A stretch of DNA of 63,774 nt, counting the filler, from Lama guanicoe (Eukaryota), in assembly GCA_013239625.1 (NCBI GenBank). It is 176 parts of 176 records of this genome, joined end to end, with 100 filler letters (N's around TTAATTAATTAA, not from the genome) between each part and the next. Parts side by side here need not be neighbours in the genome. Positions count along the whole stretch, not along the records: positions 52,614 to 52,876 come from PNXV01050470.1; positions 52,977 to 53,239 come from PNXV01050471.1; positions 53,340 to 53,602 come from PNXV01050472.1; positions 53,703 to 53,965 come from PNXV01050473.1; positions 54,066 to 54,328 come from PNXV01050474.1; positions 54,429 to 54,691 come from PNXV01050475.1; positions 54,792 to 55,054 come from PNXV01050476.1; positions 55,155 to 55,417 come from PNXV01050477.1; 168 more parts are not named here. One strand, 5' to 3'. The translations under genes were made by a program, and so were the position numbers. Positions within the stretch are counted from its first letter, which is position 1. Each line of letters opens with the position of its first letter. Shown in pieces: positions 52,514 to 63,774 of the stretch. The notes beneath the pieces were generated by a model, which was not told the DNA's origin, searched no databases, and saw only the letters and a program-made list of their open reading frames with translations.

Positions 52514-53339
52514 NNNNNNNNNNNNNNNNNNNNNNNNNNNNNNNNNNNNNNNNNNNNTTAATTAATTAANNNNNNNNNNNNNNNNNNNNNNNNNNNNNNN
52601 NNNNNNNNNNNNNTCTGCTCCAAACCCTTTCTACAGAAGAAAGCTCAGGCTCCTTGGCTCAGTAATCAAAGACATGCATGACCTGGCCTCCAGCGATGCT
52701 TCCGAGCCTGCACACCACTGGAGAGCCCTGTGACTCTCCTCCGGTCCAGCCAGACTGGAGAATTCAGGATGCCTGAGCACCCCCCCTTCACTTCCCATCG
52801 TGCTCCTCTTATTTTCATCATTCACTTTCTCCTCCATTCCTACTCCTTAAACTATGGGCCATTTTCCAAGACCAGTNNNNNNNNNNNNNNNNNNNNNNNN
52901 NNNNNNNNNNNNNNNNNNNNTTAATTAATTAANNNNNNNNNNNNNNNNNNNNNNNNNNNNNNNNNNNNNNNNNNNNAAAGACTCTTTGCCAAGTGGCATC
53001 ACATTCAAAGTCTCTGACAGCTAGGTTGCGGGGGTCTCTTGGGGGGGTCACCACCGACCCCCCAACCCAGCAAGTGTCAGCCCTACAAGTGGGGTCCCCC
53101 CCGCCTTGCAGAGTGAAAGGCGCACCCTTCCTTCCCTCCTTCCCTCTGCGCCCGTCCACTGAGCTGCCCCTCGCCCGAGGAGCCTGCCCTGACCCCCAGG
53201 ACCTTTCTTCTCTGGCCCCTGTCCCAGGTTTGCCCCCTCNNNNNNNNNNNNNNNNNNNNNNNNNNNNNNNNNNNNNNNNNNNNTTAATTAATTAANNNNN
53301 NNNNNNNNNNNNNNNNNNNNNNNNNNNNNNNNNNNNNNN

Positions 53340-53602
53340 CCCCAACACACATATGACTTCTCCCACTATCACCATTCCTCTCCAGAGTGGTATGTCTGTA
53401 GCAATCGCTGAGCCTACACTGACCCATCATCATCATCCAAGGCCCACAGTTCTCCTTGAGAAGCCCCTCTTTTTGTTGTACATTGTACAGTGTTGGACAG
53501 ATGTACAGTGACATAGATCTACCATAAGAGCACCACACAGGGTAGTTCATTGCCCTTGATTCCCCTACATGCTGCTGGTTCATCCTTCTTCACCAAGAGC
53601 CT
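53340..53602 (-). mobile_element. Old LINE-1 (L1MB/MC-like) 3' UTR
   Basis: ctccagagtggtatg...gagcctacactgacccatcatcatcatccaaggcccacagtt...ttggacagatgtacagtgacat. Confidence 0.7.
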
Positions 53603-55517
53603 NNNNNNNNNNNNNNNNNNNNNNNNNNNNNNNNNNNNNNNNNNNNTTAATTAATTAANNNNNNNNNNNNNNNNNNNNNNNNNNNNNNNNNNNNNNNNNN
53701 NNGAAGTACTTGGGCAGAATTATCTAGTTTCTGTATTTATAAAACATATTTCACTTAGAAATTTAAAACTATGTTTAATTCATCACTATTAAAGAAGCAG
53801 CACCAATTACATCAAAAAATTTTTATCGTTGTCAATTATCTATCCAGAAGCTTCTGTCTTCTGTGAGTGCCGACCTGACTTCCCATCATCAACACTGCCG
53901 TCTTTGTTGGAAAGCGGACCTGTGTTTCCAGTGCCCTATTTGCCAATGCACAACTGATGGGAAATNNNNNNNNNNNNNNNNNNNNNNNNNNNNNNNNNNN
54001 NNNNNNNNNTTAATTAATTAANNNNNNNNNNNNNNNNNNNNNNNNNNNNNNNNNNNNNNNNNNNNTAGTCTGCCTCCGCATTATTTTATAGTATTTTCCC
54101 GTTATTCCCATTCTGTCTTTTTTCCTTACCACCCAAATGACCCATTCTCATTGATGACAGTACGTAAACAATATTAAATATTGTTTAATCAGTGTAGATT
54201 CTGGCCACTAGTTTCTCACTTTCTTCTGTAATAGGTTTTGTTGTTTTTTTGTTGTTGTTGTTATCTATCTGACTACATATAACAGCTTCCCTTTTTTTTG
54301 AACAATTTCCCTGTGATACACCTTTATTNNNNNNNNNNNNNNNNNNNNNNNNNNNNNNNNNNNNNNNNNNNNTTAATTAATTAANNNNNNNNNNNNNNNN
54401 NNNNNNNNNNNNNNNNNNNNNNNNNNNNCTTTCCTTTCTTCTGTGTTCTTTGGTTTTACTCCCATTCCTTTTTTTTTTTGACTGTTTATTTTCAAGTGTA
54501 CATTTTTAAGATTATGAATTTTCCTCTAAATACTGCTGTAGCTTAGTCCATAAATTTTTATTGTTTCATTGTTATTCAGCTCTAAATATAGTTTTATTCA
54601 TCAAGAGAATAGCAAACTGTCAGCTCTGATTTCTCACAAAACAGGAAGTCCTTCTACTCCATTTTCAGATGCATCTTTAAAATTCCAGTGANNNNNNNNN
54701 NNNNNNNNNNNNNNNNNNNNNNNNNNNNNNNNNNNTTAATTAATTAANNNNNNNNNNNNNNNNNNNNNNNNNNNNNNNNNNNNNNNNNNNNGAGAATCAG
54801 ATAACTAAAAGCTTATTTAGCACACACTACACTTTGCTTCTGGGGAAGGGAGGGGTATTCAGTATTTAATATGATATTGCTATAACTCCTGAATATAAAC
54901 AAAAGACATAGGTTCATGGAAACTCATCTTAGAAGAGGAAAAACTCCAGTCCAGCCACTTCATTTAATTGGAGGGGAAACTGAGACATGGGATCTACCCT
55001 CCTGACAATCGGAAGCAAAGCTCTCCTAGGCCTCCTGTCTTGCACTGTACAAAANNNNNNNNNNNNNNNNNNNNNNNNNNNNNNNNNNNNNNNNNNNNTT
55101 AATTAATTAANNNNNNNNNNNNNNNNNNNNNNNNNNNNNNNNNNNNNNNNNNNNAGCTGAAAATATTTAAACCAAAAACTATAACAGTACATTAAAACAC
55201 ACATGCACACACAGACACACCAAATCATCCAAGAAACCAACAACTCTGTTAGTCATCTTTCCTTCAGAATGGCTAAACATCAATAAATGATGCTAGGAAA
55301 ATGGAATATCCACACATATCAACAAAAAACAACACAAATTGAAGAGGACCTTAATATAAGAGCCAAATCATAAATCCCTTAGGAGAAAACACAGGACTAA
55401 ATCTTTGTGACCTTGGGNNNNNNNNNNNNNNNNNNNNNNNNNNNNNNNNNNNNNNNNNNNNTTAATTAATTAANNNNNNNNNNNNNNNNNNNNNNNNNNN
55501 NNNNNNNNNNNNNNNNN

Positions 55518-55780
55518 AAAACCAGCTAAAATCAGAATAATCATTTCAGCTTCATGAGTATTTGGGCAGTGTAAAGATATCAAGTGGAGACAGTCACAGT
55601 AGAAATGACTGATGACACTGTAGCCACAGAAGGACAAATGAAATATCTTTACAGTGACTATAAGAGATGCAAATGTGCTATAGAAATAGGGGACTGCCAC
55701 CAGCACTCAACACACCCTTTGTGACATGATGACTGGGTAGAGCAGCAGGTTACAGATGGCCACATAACGGTCATAAGACA
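55518..55780 (-). pseudogene. OR8K: Olfactory receptor pseudogene fragment, OR8K-like (TM3 to TM5)
   Basis: SYDRYVAICNLLLYPVIMSQRVC*VLVAVPYFYSTFASLIVTVKIFHLSFCGYSVISHFYCDCLHLISLHCPNTHEAEMIILILAGF. In-frame TGA at 55709-55707, and the conserved Pro of CxPL is lost. Confidence 0.92.
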
Positions 55781-56606
55781 NNNNNNNNNNNNNNNNNNNN
55801 NNNNNNNNNNNNNNNNNNNNNNNNTTAATTAATTAANNNNNNNNNNNNNNNNNNNNNNNNNNNNNNNNNNNNNNNNNNNNTCAGAAACTCTGGGATGAGT
55901 TTCACCATTCAGAAGATCAAAACAGCGAAGCAGCTCCTAATAGTGATTACGAAGTCCATGCATTTCGCAAGAAAATCGAGTGCTTCTCGGAGTATTTCCC
56001 AATTTACTTACGCAGAGAAAGGCCTTTCACTTTGAAAACTTCAGTCCTGAGGACCGGCCTAAATCATGACATTGCTCATGAAAAATTCGGAGTAAGACTT
56101 GATCCATTTGCCTTCGAATGTAATGTAAAAAACAAAAATTGATNNNNNNNNNNNNNNNNNNNNNNNNNNNNNNNNNNNNNNNNNNNNTTAATTAATTAAN
56201 NNNNNNNNNNNNNNNNNNNNNNNNNNNNNNNNNNNNNNNNNNNAATATTTTCCCAGACAACCCACATAATCCACATTCACAAATAAGCATAAACATACCA
56301 AGTCAAGAAGTCCTCACAGTCAGTATCTTCTGCTTGTGTATGAAATATATAATATTTCTTATGTGAGTGGGAGATTCTCCTGAGATGTTGGCCTCTGCTT
56401 CCATCACTTTCAGGCACTTTGGTCTATATTTCATAGCTCCAAGGGAAGCCTTTGGCTGGAAACACAGTAGACCTGGATCCTATTTTCCAGTAGCTTTCAC
56501 TTTTAGNNNNNNNNNNNNNNNNNNNNNNNNNNNNNNNNNNNNNNNNNNNNTTAATTAATTAANNNNNNNNNNNNNNNNNNNNNNNNNNNNNNNNNNNNNN
56601 NNNNNN

Positions 56607-56869
56607 TTAAAAGTGCCACCTATTTCTTGAAAGGAATTCTATTTTGTAAGTGGAAATCCCTTCTCATGTTTAATATTGATTCTTATTACATTAATTTCCT
56701 ATAACATATCATAAACTTAATGATTTTCTGTTCTATACCACTTCAGTGTTCACCCATATTCAGTATTACAGGATAAACAGGGTACCATAATTAAATTAGA
56801 GATTGCACTTAGAAATGTTCAGAGCAGTAACAAGTATATAGATTTACTCTAAATTTACTTTGTCATCTT
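56607..56869 (+). repeat. Bubble arm, near-identical to 363-624
   Basis: 5 transitions and a 1-bp indel. The first and last 49 bp are identical. Confidence 0.95.
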
Positions 56870-57174
56870 NNNNNNNNNNNNNNNNNNNNNNNNNNNNNNN
56901 NNNNNNNNNNNNNTTAATTAATTAANNNNNNNNNNNNNNNNNNNNNNNNNNNNNNNNNNNNNNNNNNNNCACCTCTAGCGGGGCTCATAAAGAAAAAACA
57001 AGTTAGCAATATCATGACTCAAGCAGGCAGCATCAACATCACTCCCACAGACATTAAAGAAATAACAACAGAATACCACAATCAGCATTGTGGCCTTAAA
57101 TTTGAAAACTGATATGATGTAGACCAATTCCTTAGAAGACTCAAATTCCCCAAAATCACTGTGTCTCCTGGTAG

Positions 57175-57232
57175 GGAGGGTAGAGCTCAGTGGTAGAGTG
57201 TGTGCTTAGCGTGCACAAGGTCCTGGGTTCAA
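57175..57232 (+). mobile_element. vic-1-like SINE head inserted in old L1 ORF2
   Basis: gggagggtagagctcagtggtagagtgtgtgcttagcgtgcacaaggtcctgggttcaa contains A and B boxes with CpG decay. Confidence 0.8.
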
Positions 57233-58784
57233 NNNNNNNNNNNNNNNNNNNNNNNNNNNNNNNNNNNNNNNNNNNNTTAATTAATTAANNNNNNNNNNNN
57301 NNNNNNNNNNNNNNNNNNNNNNNNNNNNNNNNGTCCGAGTCTCCCAGGGACACTGCTGCATGTAAAATCATTTGACTCACTCTGGCTTACCCGAATCCTA
57401 CTAAGGAGCTCAATCTGCAGATCAGAGCTCGCTACTCCTTTTCAATTAACTCTCTTTCAGTCTCGATCATTGTCCTTGTCTTCATTTACGTCAAATGGTG
57501 CTCCCTGTGGAGACAGGCAGCTGGTTATTCAGAGCTAACTCAGATAATCCTTATTAAAATCACCACCTCCCTTATGCAAACCCATCCATCACCTTNNNNN
57601 NNNNNNNNNNNNNNNNNNNNNNNNNNNNNNNNNNNNNNNTTAATTAATTAANNNNNNNNNNNNNNNNNNNNNNNNNNNNNNNNNNNNNNNNNNNNGGTCC
57701 AGTTCCAAATTTCATCAATTACTATATTTGTAAAAAAAATTATGGAAAATTAATTAGCTTCCACCCAAGAAGATATATTGACAGCAAGTAAGCATATGAA
57801 AATATCATCAATATCATTAGGCAGTAAGGAAATGAAAATTAAAATCATGACATATTAGAATGACTAAGTTAATACAATAACGATTTTATTATTATTTATA
57901 ATATTGAATGTTGGCTAAGTTAAGGATACATTCAGTTTCCATAAATTGCTGATAAGAANNNNNNNNNNNNNNNNNNNNNNNNNNNNNNNNNNNNNNNNNN
58001 NNTTAATTAATTAANNNNNNNNNNNNNNNNNNNNNNNNNNNNNNNNNNNNNNNNNNNNCAATAAAATGGATAAATAAATGGTGGTCTAGTTATTCATATG
58101 AGAAGGGGAATGAATGACTATTACTCTACACACCAACATGGTTGAATCTCACAAACAGGATGAAAGACACTGGACTCCAAAATTGTAAACTGTCTGATTT
58201 TTCTGAAATAAAATACAAAACGACAAAGAGAAGCCATGGAAACTGAAGTCAACTAGCAGTTACTTTTTTAGGGGAGGAACAGGTAATGACTGGGATGCTG
58301 GCAATTTTCTATTTTTGATCTNNNNNNNNNNNNNNNNNNNNNNNNNNNNNNNNNNNNNNNNNNNNTTAATTAATTAANNNNNNNNNNNNNNNNNNNNNNN
58401 NNNNNNNNNNNNNNNNNNNNNACATTATAATGAAAATGCTGCTTCTGAAAAGTGGTGGACAGACTTAGGGAAGCCACATTTGCAAACCATGCAAGTGGCT
58501 CTTCAGCCTATTCTTGGATATTCAGAAGCCCTAGAAAGAAGGGCAGGCTGGGTGTTTGAAAAAAATGAGACTGCAAATTATATCACATGTACAATATACA
58601 AATCTCTTCCTAGCTGTTCATAAAGCAAACAGTGGAATTCCAATCTCGTGATTTTCCTTTTCTGTCTGCCTGTTTTGGAGGCTTNNNNNNNNNNNNNNNN
58701 NNNNNNNNNNNNNNNNNNNNNNNNNNNNTTAATTAATTAANNNNNNNNNNNNNNNNNNNNNNNNNNNNNNNNNNNNNNNNNNNN

Positions 58785-59040
58785 TTTTTTTATTGAAATG
58801 TAGTTGATTTACAATGTTTTTGTTAGTTTCTGGTATACAGCATAGTGATTCAGTTACACATATCTTCTGTTTCAGATTCCTTTTCATTGTAGGTTATTAT
58901 AAGATATTGAATGTAGTTCACTGTGCTATGCAGTAGGACCTCGTTCTTTATCTGTTCTGGATATAGTAGTGTGTATTTGCTAATCCCAGACTCCCAATTT
59001 ATCCCTCCCAACCCCTTCCCCTTTGGTAACCATAAGACTC
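58785..59040 (-). mobile_element. LINE-1 3' terminus
   Basis: Poly-T followed by attgaaatgtagttgatttacaatg...tttctggtatacagcatagtgattcagt. Confidence 0.88.
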
Positions 59041-61854
59041 ACAGACANNNNNNNNNNNNNNNNNNNNNNNNNNNNNNNNNNNNNNNNNNNNTTAATTAAT
59101 TAANNNNNNNNNNNNNNNNNNNNNNNNNNNNNNNNNNNNNNNNNNNNCTGAGAAATTATTTAGTAAAAGTTTCAATCTCTCAAGTCCTTATAATTTATAA
59201 GCAGGAATGTTTTTCACATTGGATAATTACCTTATATACTAGACCAGAGCATTCAAATCCTCACACAACCATTTAACATCTCACTTGCATAGATGAAAAG
59301 AGTGTTCATAATTCATTTTATATTTTAAAAATTACTGATTATAGTGGATGCTGATAGGACTCAAGCTGAATATTTAGAAAATAATTCTCTTCAAATGAGC
59401 ATAATGAAAANNNNNNNNNNNNNNNNNNNNNNNNNNNNNNNNNNNNNNNNNNNNTTAATTAATTAANNNNNNNNNNNNNNNNNNNNNNNNNNNNNNNNNN
59501 NNNNNNNNNNGGAATAAAGGGGCTTGAGAAGGCGTGCATTTTGGCAGGCAAGCTCACGGCAAGAATGATTCACAGTTTGTGAAATGGGCTATTGGGGATG
59601 TGCGATCTTGAGCGGTTAGCTGCCCCAGCCACATTTTAAGAAGTTTCTGTGCATTATTTAATATGATTTACATCTGTGCTCAAAGAAACCCATTATATAC
59701 CCATTATATGGAGGTATCAGACCTGGGGTGAGCTTGAGAAATGAATGCCATGTCACACAGGATAGAGGCAGGANNNNNNNNNNNNNNNNNNNNNNNNNNN
59801 NNNNNNNNNNNNNNNNNTTAATTAATTAANNNNNNNNNNNNNNNNNNNNNNNNNNNNNNNNNNNNNNNNNNNNTTTGCCCCAAATCAACTTCATAAAGAG
59901 GGAGATGCTGACCAATGGCCTTATAAGAACACCCTAAAGTCGTTCTATCCTCCTATTTTGCTTTATTTCTTTCAAAGCACTATGACTGTCTGATATTACA
60001 TTATATATTTGCTTAGTTGCTATTTCCTTAAAAATGAACAAATGTTCTGTAAGATCAAGAAATGTAGTTCGTTTGCAGTGTATAGAATAATGCCCTAATA
60101 GCCACTCAGCAAATATTTGTTGAATAAATAAACTTTANNNNNNNNNNNNNNNNNNNNNNNNNNNNNNNNNNNNNNNNNNNNTTAATTAATTAANNNNNNN
60201 NNNNNNNNNNNNNNNNNNNNNNNNNNNNNNNNNNNNNACCTGGAAGACCCGGGCTACTGCCTCTCCCCGCGTGGGAGCAACCCCACGCAGAGAAGCAGCT
60301 GTGCGCCAGCAGCACGGGCGGATGTCTGCGCCCGGCCGCAGCCCCTGGAGCAGCCTGGGTACCAGTCTCCCACAATCCGAAGCTGCATGGAAGCCCAGTA
60401 TCATGTTGGGGGTGGGGTGCCTGGATTTATGCGCACCGCAACCCAGTTCACCTTCAAGGAAAGGCCCCTGGACACAGGGAGAAGGAGGAGTTATTTTAAT
60501 TNNNNNNNNNNNNNNNNNNNNNNNNNNNNNNNNNNNNNNNNNNNNTTAATTAATTAANNNNNNNNNNNNNNNNNNNNNNNNNNNNNNNNNNNNNNNNNNN
60601 NAATAACGGTTTCCCAGAAACACACGGAGATGAGTATTCTCCCGCTGGCCATCGGGGAGGTTTCGAGGTGTCTGTAGCAGGCGGTCATGGAAAGCTTTGG
60701 GGAGCAAATATTCCAGGCCCGTTAGTGCAAGTGATCCACAAATGACACAAGTGGCGCTTACCACACGTGCCCTGCGTGCCAGACTCAGCGATGGGCCCTC
60801 GGGGAGCCCCAAGGACGCCCCCACCCTGCTCAGCACAGAGCTGTGGTTCAGGTCGGGGACCTGTGNNNNNNNNNNNNNNNNNNNNNNNNNNNNNNNNNNN
60901 NNNNNNNNNTTAATTAATTAANNNNNNNNNNNNNNNNNNNNNNNNNNNNNNNNNNNNNNNNNNNNCTAGTTTACATTTTTGTAAGTAATGAATACGTGTA
61001 AGATAATGGAATTCCTAGTGAATACAGCTTTCTCAGTGTTCCGAGTAATTTGTGAAGCCTTGTCTGTATTTCATTGCATTCCAGATACCAATTAGTTAAT
61101 TTGGTGTAAGTACCATCATTTCTAAGGAATTTTATTTGTGTGGATTTTTCAATTCACTGTATCTAACAATTGAGATTACTATGACCAAATTTGGACTCTA
61201 AAAGCTTAATTTGTGTTAGATGTTGGCANNNNNNNNNNNNNNNNNNNNNNNNNNNNNNNNNNNNNNNNNNNNTTAATTAATTAANNNNNNNNNNNNNNNN
61301 NNNNNNNNNNNNNNNNNNNNNNNNNNNNTCCAGGGAAATATTCCAAATATTTAAAGCCTGGGACAGAAGGAGCAGCAGCTGAAGACGACCGGGCAGCACT
61401 GAGCAGCACGTGCTGGCCTTGCGTCTGCCGCCGCCCCCGTCAGACCCGCGGCTCCTTCCCGTCACCTTAAGGAGACCCACGTCTTCGACCTCAGGATAAA
61501 GGCTGAGTCCTGACCTTTAATCATCAGTTTCCAAAGTAGTGTGGGGTTCTGGTTGTAACACATCAATGCAGATAACATTTTGAGAACAACTGNNNNNNNN
61601 NNNNNNNNNNNNNNNNNNNNNNNNNNNNNNNNNNNNTTAATTAATTAANNNNNNNNNNNNNNNNNNNNNNNNNNNNNNNNNNNNNNNNNNNNTTTTTTTT
61701 CATTAAATTATAGCAGTCCACAGCAGTTGAATCCATTATTTATTTTGAATTTGGATCATAGGAGCAAATCCATATTGTTCTTTTGGGAGAAGATTATTGC
61801 CGATGAGTTACATGGAAAGGACATTTATGATGCACTAGATACAGACAAGAAGGG

Positions 61855-61955
61855 TGTCGACTGATATAAACGTGCAGTTTAAAAAAGTTACGTTTTATTT
61901 GGCAGGAGAACTCGAGCCGGGATGACAGCCTCTCAGATGCTCTGAGGGGCTGCTC
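61855..61955 (-). mobile_element. Probable ERV1 LTR end
   Basis: TGTCGACT...gttttatttggc...gagccgggatgacagcctctcagatgctctgagg: TG boundary plus antisense AATAAA. Confidence 0.55.
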
Positions 61956-63774
61956 NNNNNNNNNNNNNNNNNNNNNNNNNNNNNNNNNNNNNNNNNNNNT
62001 TAATTAATTAANNNNNNNNNNNNNNNNNNNNNNNNNNNNNNNNNNNNNNNNNNNNTACATACATTAGGCCACTGAGTCCCCAGACCCCAGGGGACACATA
62101 TCAAGCTGTCCACCTGGCCTCTGAAAACCTCTCTCACTAGGTTTGAACAATGGAACAAGTAACCTCCTCACCATCGTTCCTGTGAAGCTCTTTCCAAAAG
62201 TATAGAAATGTCTTCAGTCGCTCCTAGGATCACTTTGATATAGGTGAGGGACTTAGCAGTCCTCTGGCAGGTTCTTGGCCCTACGGTTTTTTGGGGGGTT
62301 TTGTTTTGAGTTTTTTTTTNNNNNNNNNNNNNNNNNNNNNNNNNNNNNNNNNNNNNNNNNNNNTTAATTAATTAANNNNNNNNNNNNNNNNNNNNNNNNN
62401 NNNNNNNNNNNNNNNNNNNCTGTGTGAAAGATTCTACCAATCTCAGGAGGTCCATCTTTATTTCCTATGGTTTCTTTGTACAAATCTTGCAAAAGTTGTT
62501 CATTAAAATCACCTTTGTTATAAAACTTTGCTATAAAAATTAAGGTATTTTGTATCTCTGGGTTGATGGGGTAATGGGGACTAACGGAAAGGATGTTTGC
62601 CTACCACTGCGAGATATTTGAAAGCACAAAATCTCTGATCTATTTTGAGAATTTTTTTCTTCTAGTATACAAGTACCTGAATNNNNNNNNNNNNNNNNNN
62701 NNNNNNNNNNNNNNNNNNNNNNNNNNTTAATTAATTAANNNNNNNNNNNNNNNNNNNNNNNNNNNNNNNNNNNNNNNNNNNNTGACAGTTGGGTCATTGT
62801 CAAAGTTCTACTGAATCAATCACCCTGCAGAACGCCTTTCACACGAAAGTCCATCTTGTGCATTTCTAGTCAAGACAGAGCTCGGAAGTCCTACAGGCGA
62901 CTCGTTGTCCAATTCTCAGTCAGGAAAGAAGAATCTGACGTTTTTTACTATCAGAATTTATGTCAGGCAGAAAGAGGCAGACCGCCCTTTAAAGGAAGGA
63001 CTGCTTTATTTGAGCTTTTAAGGGAAGGCACAAAACGATCGGTAGGNNNNNNNNNNNNNNNNNNNNNNNNNNNNNNNNNNNNNNNNNNNNTTAATTAATT
63101 AANNNNNNNNNNNNNNNNNNNNNNNNNNNNNNNNNNNNNNNNNNNNCTCACAAAATTAAGGTCCACATTCCTTCCAGGAAACTAGCAAAAGCAAACAGAT
63201 CAAGAGGTGGCCAATTGGAAGAGTCTCAGATGTAGTAAGAGGGTGGCGGGGGGGAGAGGTTGTATAATCAGCTCTTTGGCAGCTGTACTCTACCACACTC
63301 TGGCCTCGAAGATTTTTGCCTTGGCTCCCAAACTTAGAGGCCTTTTCATGGCTGCCATCAATGTTTGAAATACAGAAACAGGCTTAAGGTCTTGGGAGAA
63401 CCTCAGGACANNNNNNNNNNNNNNNNNNNNNNNNNNNNNNNNNNNNNNNNNNNNTTAATTAATTAANNNNNNNNNNNNNNNNNNNNNNNNNNNNNNNNNN
63501 NNNNNNNNNNTCTGATAAATTTGTTGTTAGAATTAATTGAAATTATATGACTAAAACAACGCCAGGCGTGTTAGTTGGCATTCAGTCAATGTCAGAATAA
63601 TGTGCCCAACTCTTCATTTTCTCAACAATAAAAAAGATAACTGTACTTCTTTTATAGGCTTGTTATGCCCAATAGATGCTCTGGGGCTTGGTAAATATGA
63701 TCTCCCTCTCATTCTCTTTCCTATCTTCCACTGAGCTTCTGCCTTTGCATATGCTGTCCTTTCTCAGAGTGAAC

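Larger units (their letters stand above)
263..63510. other. Artificial contig linker N44-TTAATTAATTAA-N44, about 175 copies at a ~363-bp period (first copy 263-362, core 307-318)
   Basis: An identical 100-bp N-padded spacer separates every ~262-264-bp insert. The 12-mer is palindromic, places TAA in all six frames and contains a PacI site. Neighbouring inserts are unrelated to each other. Confidence 0.99.

Noticed and set aside
53039..53065. GC hairpin GGGGGGTC-ACCACC-GACCCCCC
   Set aside because: It is a low-complexity G/C-run stem with no RNA-family context or U tract.
53901..53919. CENP-B-box-like CTTTGTTGGAAAGCGGA
   Set aside because: It lacks the essential TTCG and correctly spaced CGGG, and it is not in a satellite contig.
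55885..55905. KLWDEFH resembling the start of a T-box domain
   Set aside because: The following residues do not continue as GTEMIITK, so the similarity is coincidental.
61714..61854. Exon-like open frame SPQQLNPLFILNLDHRSKSILFFWEKIIADELHGKDIYDALDTDKK before an LTR boundary
   Set aside because: It is short and unrecognised, and could be chance or a decayed ancient LINE. There is not enough support to call it.
673..63098. Most ORFs in the six-frame track
   Set aside because: They are short, often start at GTG or TTG, run through Ns and end in the linker. Only the GBP, OR and L1 segments have recognisable motifs.
263..63510. CRISPR-like or regularly spaced palindromic repeat array (TTAATTAATTAA about every 363 bp with unique spacers)
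   Set aside because: The repeat is embedded in fixed 44-N pads and is a six-frame-stop assembly linker. The spacers are mammalian contigs, and no cas genes are present.

Overview
This window is not contiguous genomic DNA. It is a pseudo-scaffold of about 176 tiny contigs (about 260-264 bp, roughly length-sorted) joined by an identical artificial 100-bp linker: 44 N, then TTAATTAATTAA (a palindrome giving stops in all six frames), then 44 N. Most ORFs in the supplied track are artefacts that run through Ns into this linker. The inserts are mammalian (L1, L2, MIR, MaLR/ERV LTRs, MER20/MER3/Tigger) and most likely camelid, judged from a vic-1-like tRNA-Ala-derived SINE. Recognisable gene pieces are a guanylate-binding protein (GBP) P-loop exon with His in place of the catalytic Arg, an OR8K-like olfactory receptor pseudogene, and the 3' half of a probable genuine tRNA-Ala(AGC) gene. 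Other notable items are three diverged monomers of a ~248-bp satellite, an L1 twin-priming inversion junction, two de Bruijn bubble pairs with exactly 49-bp identical ends, a SINE tail matching an MLT1 LTR segment, and one CpG-undepleted contig with an unidentified 86-codon open frame. No multi-gene novel system can be supported, because adjacency between contigs has no biological meaning.
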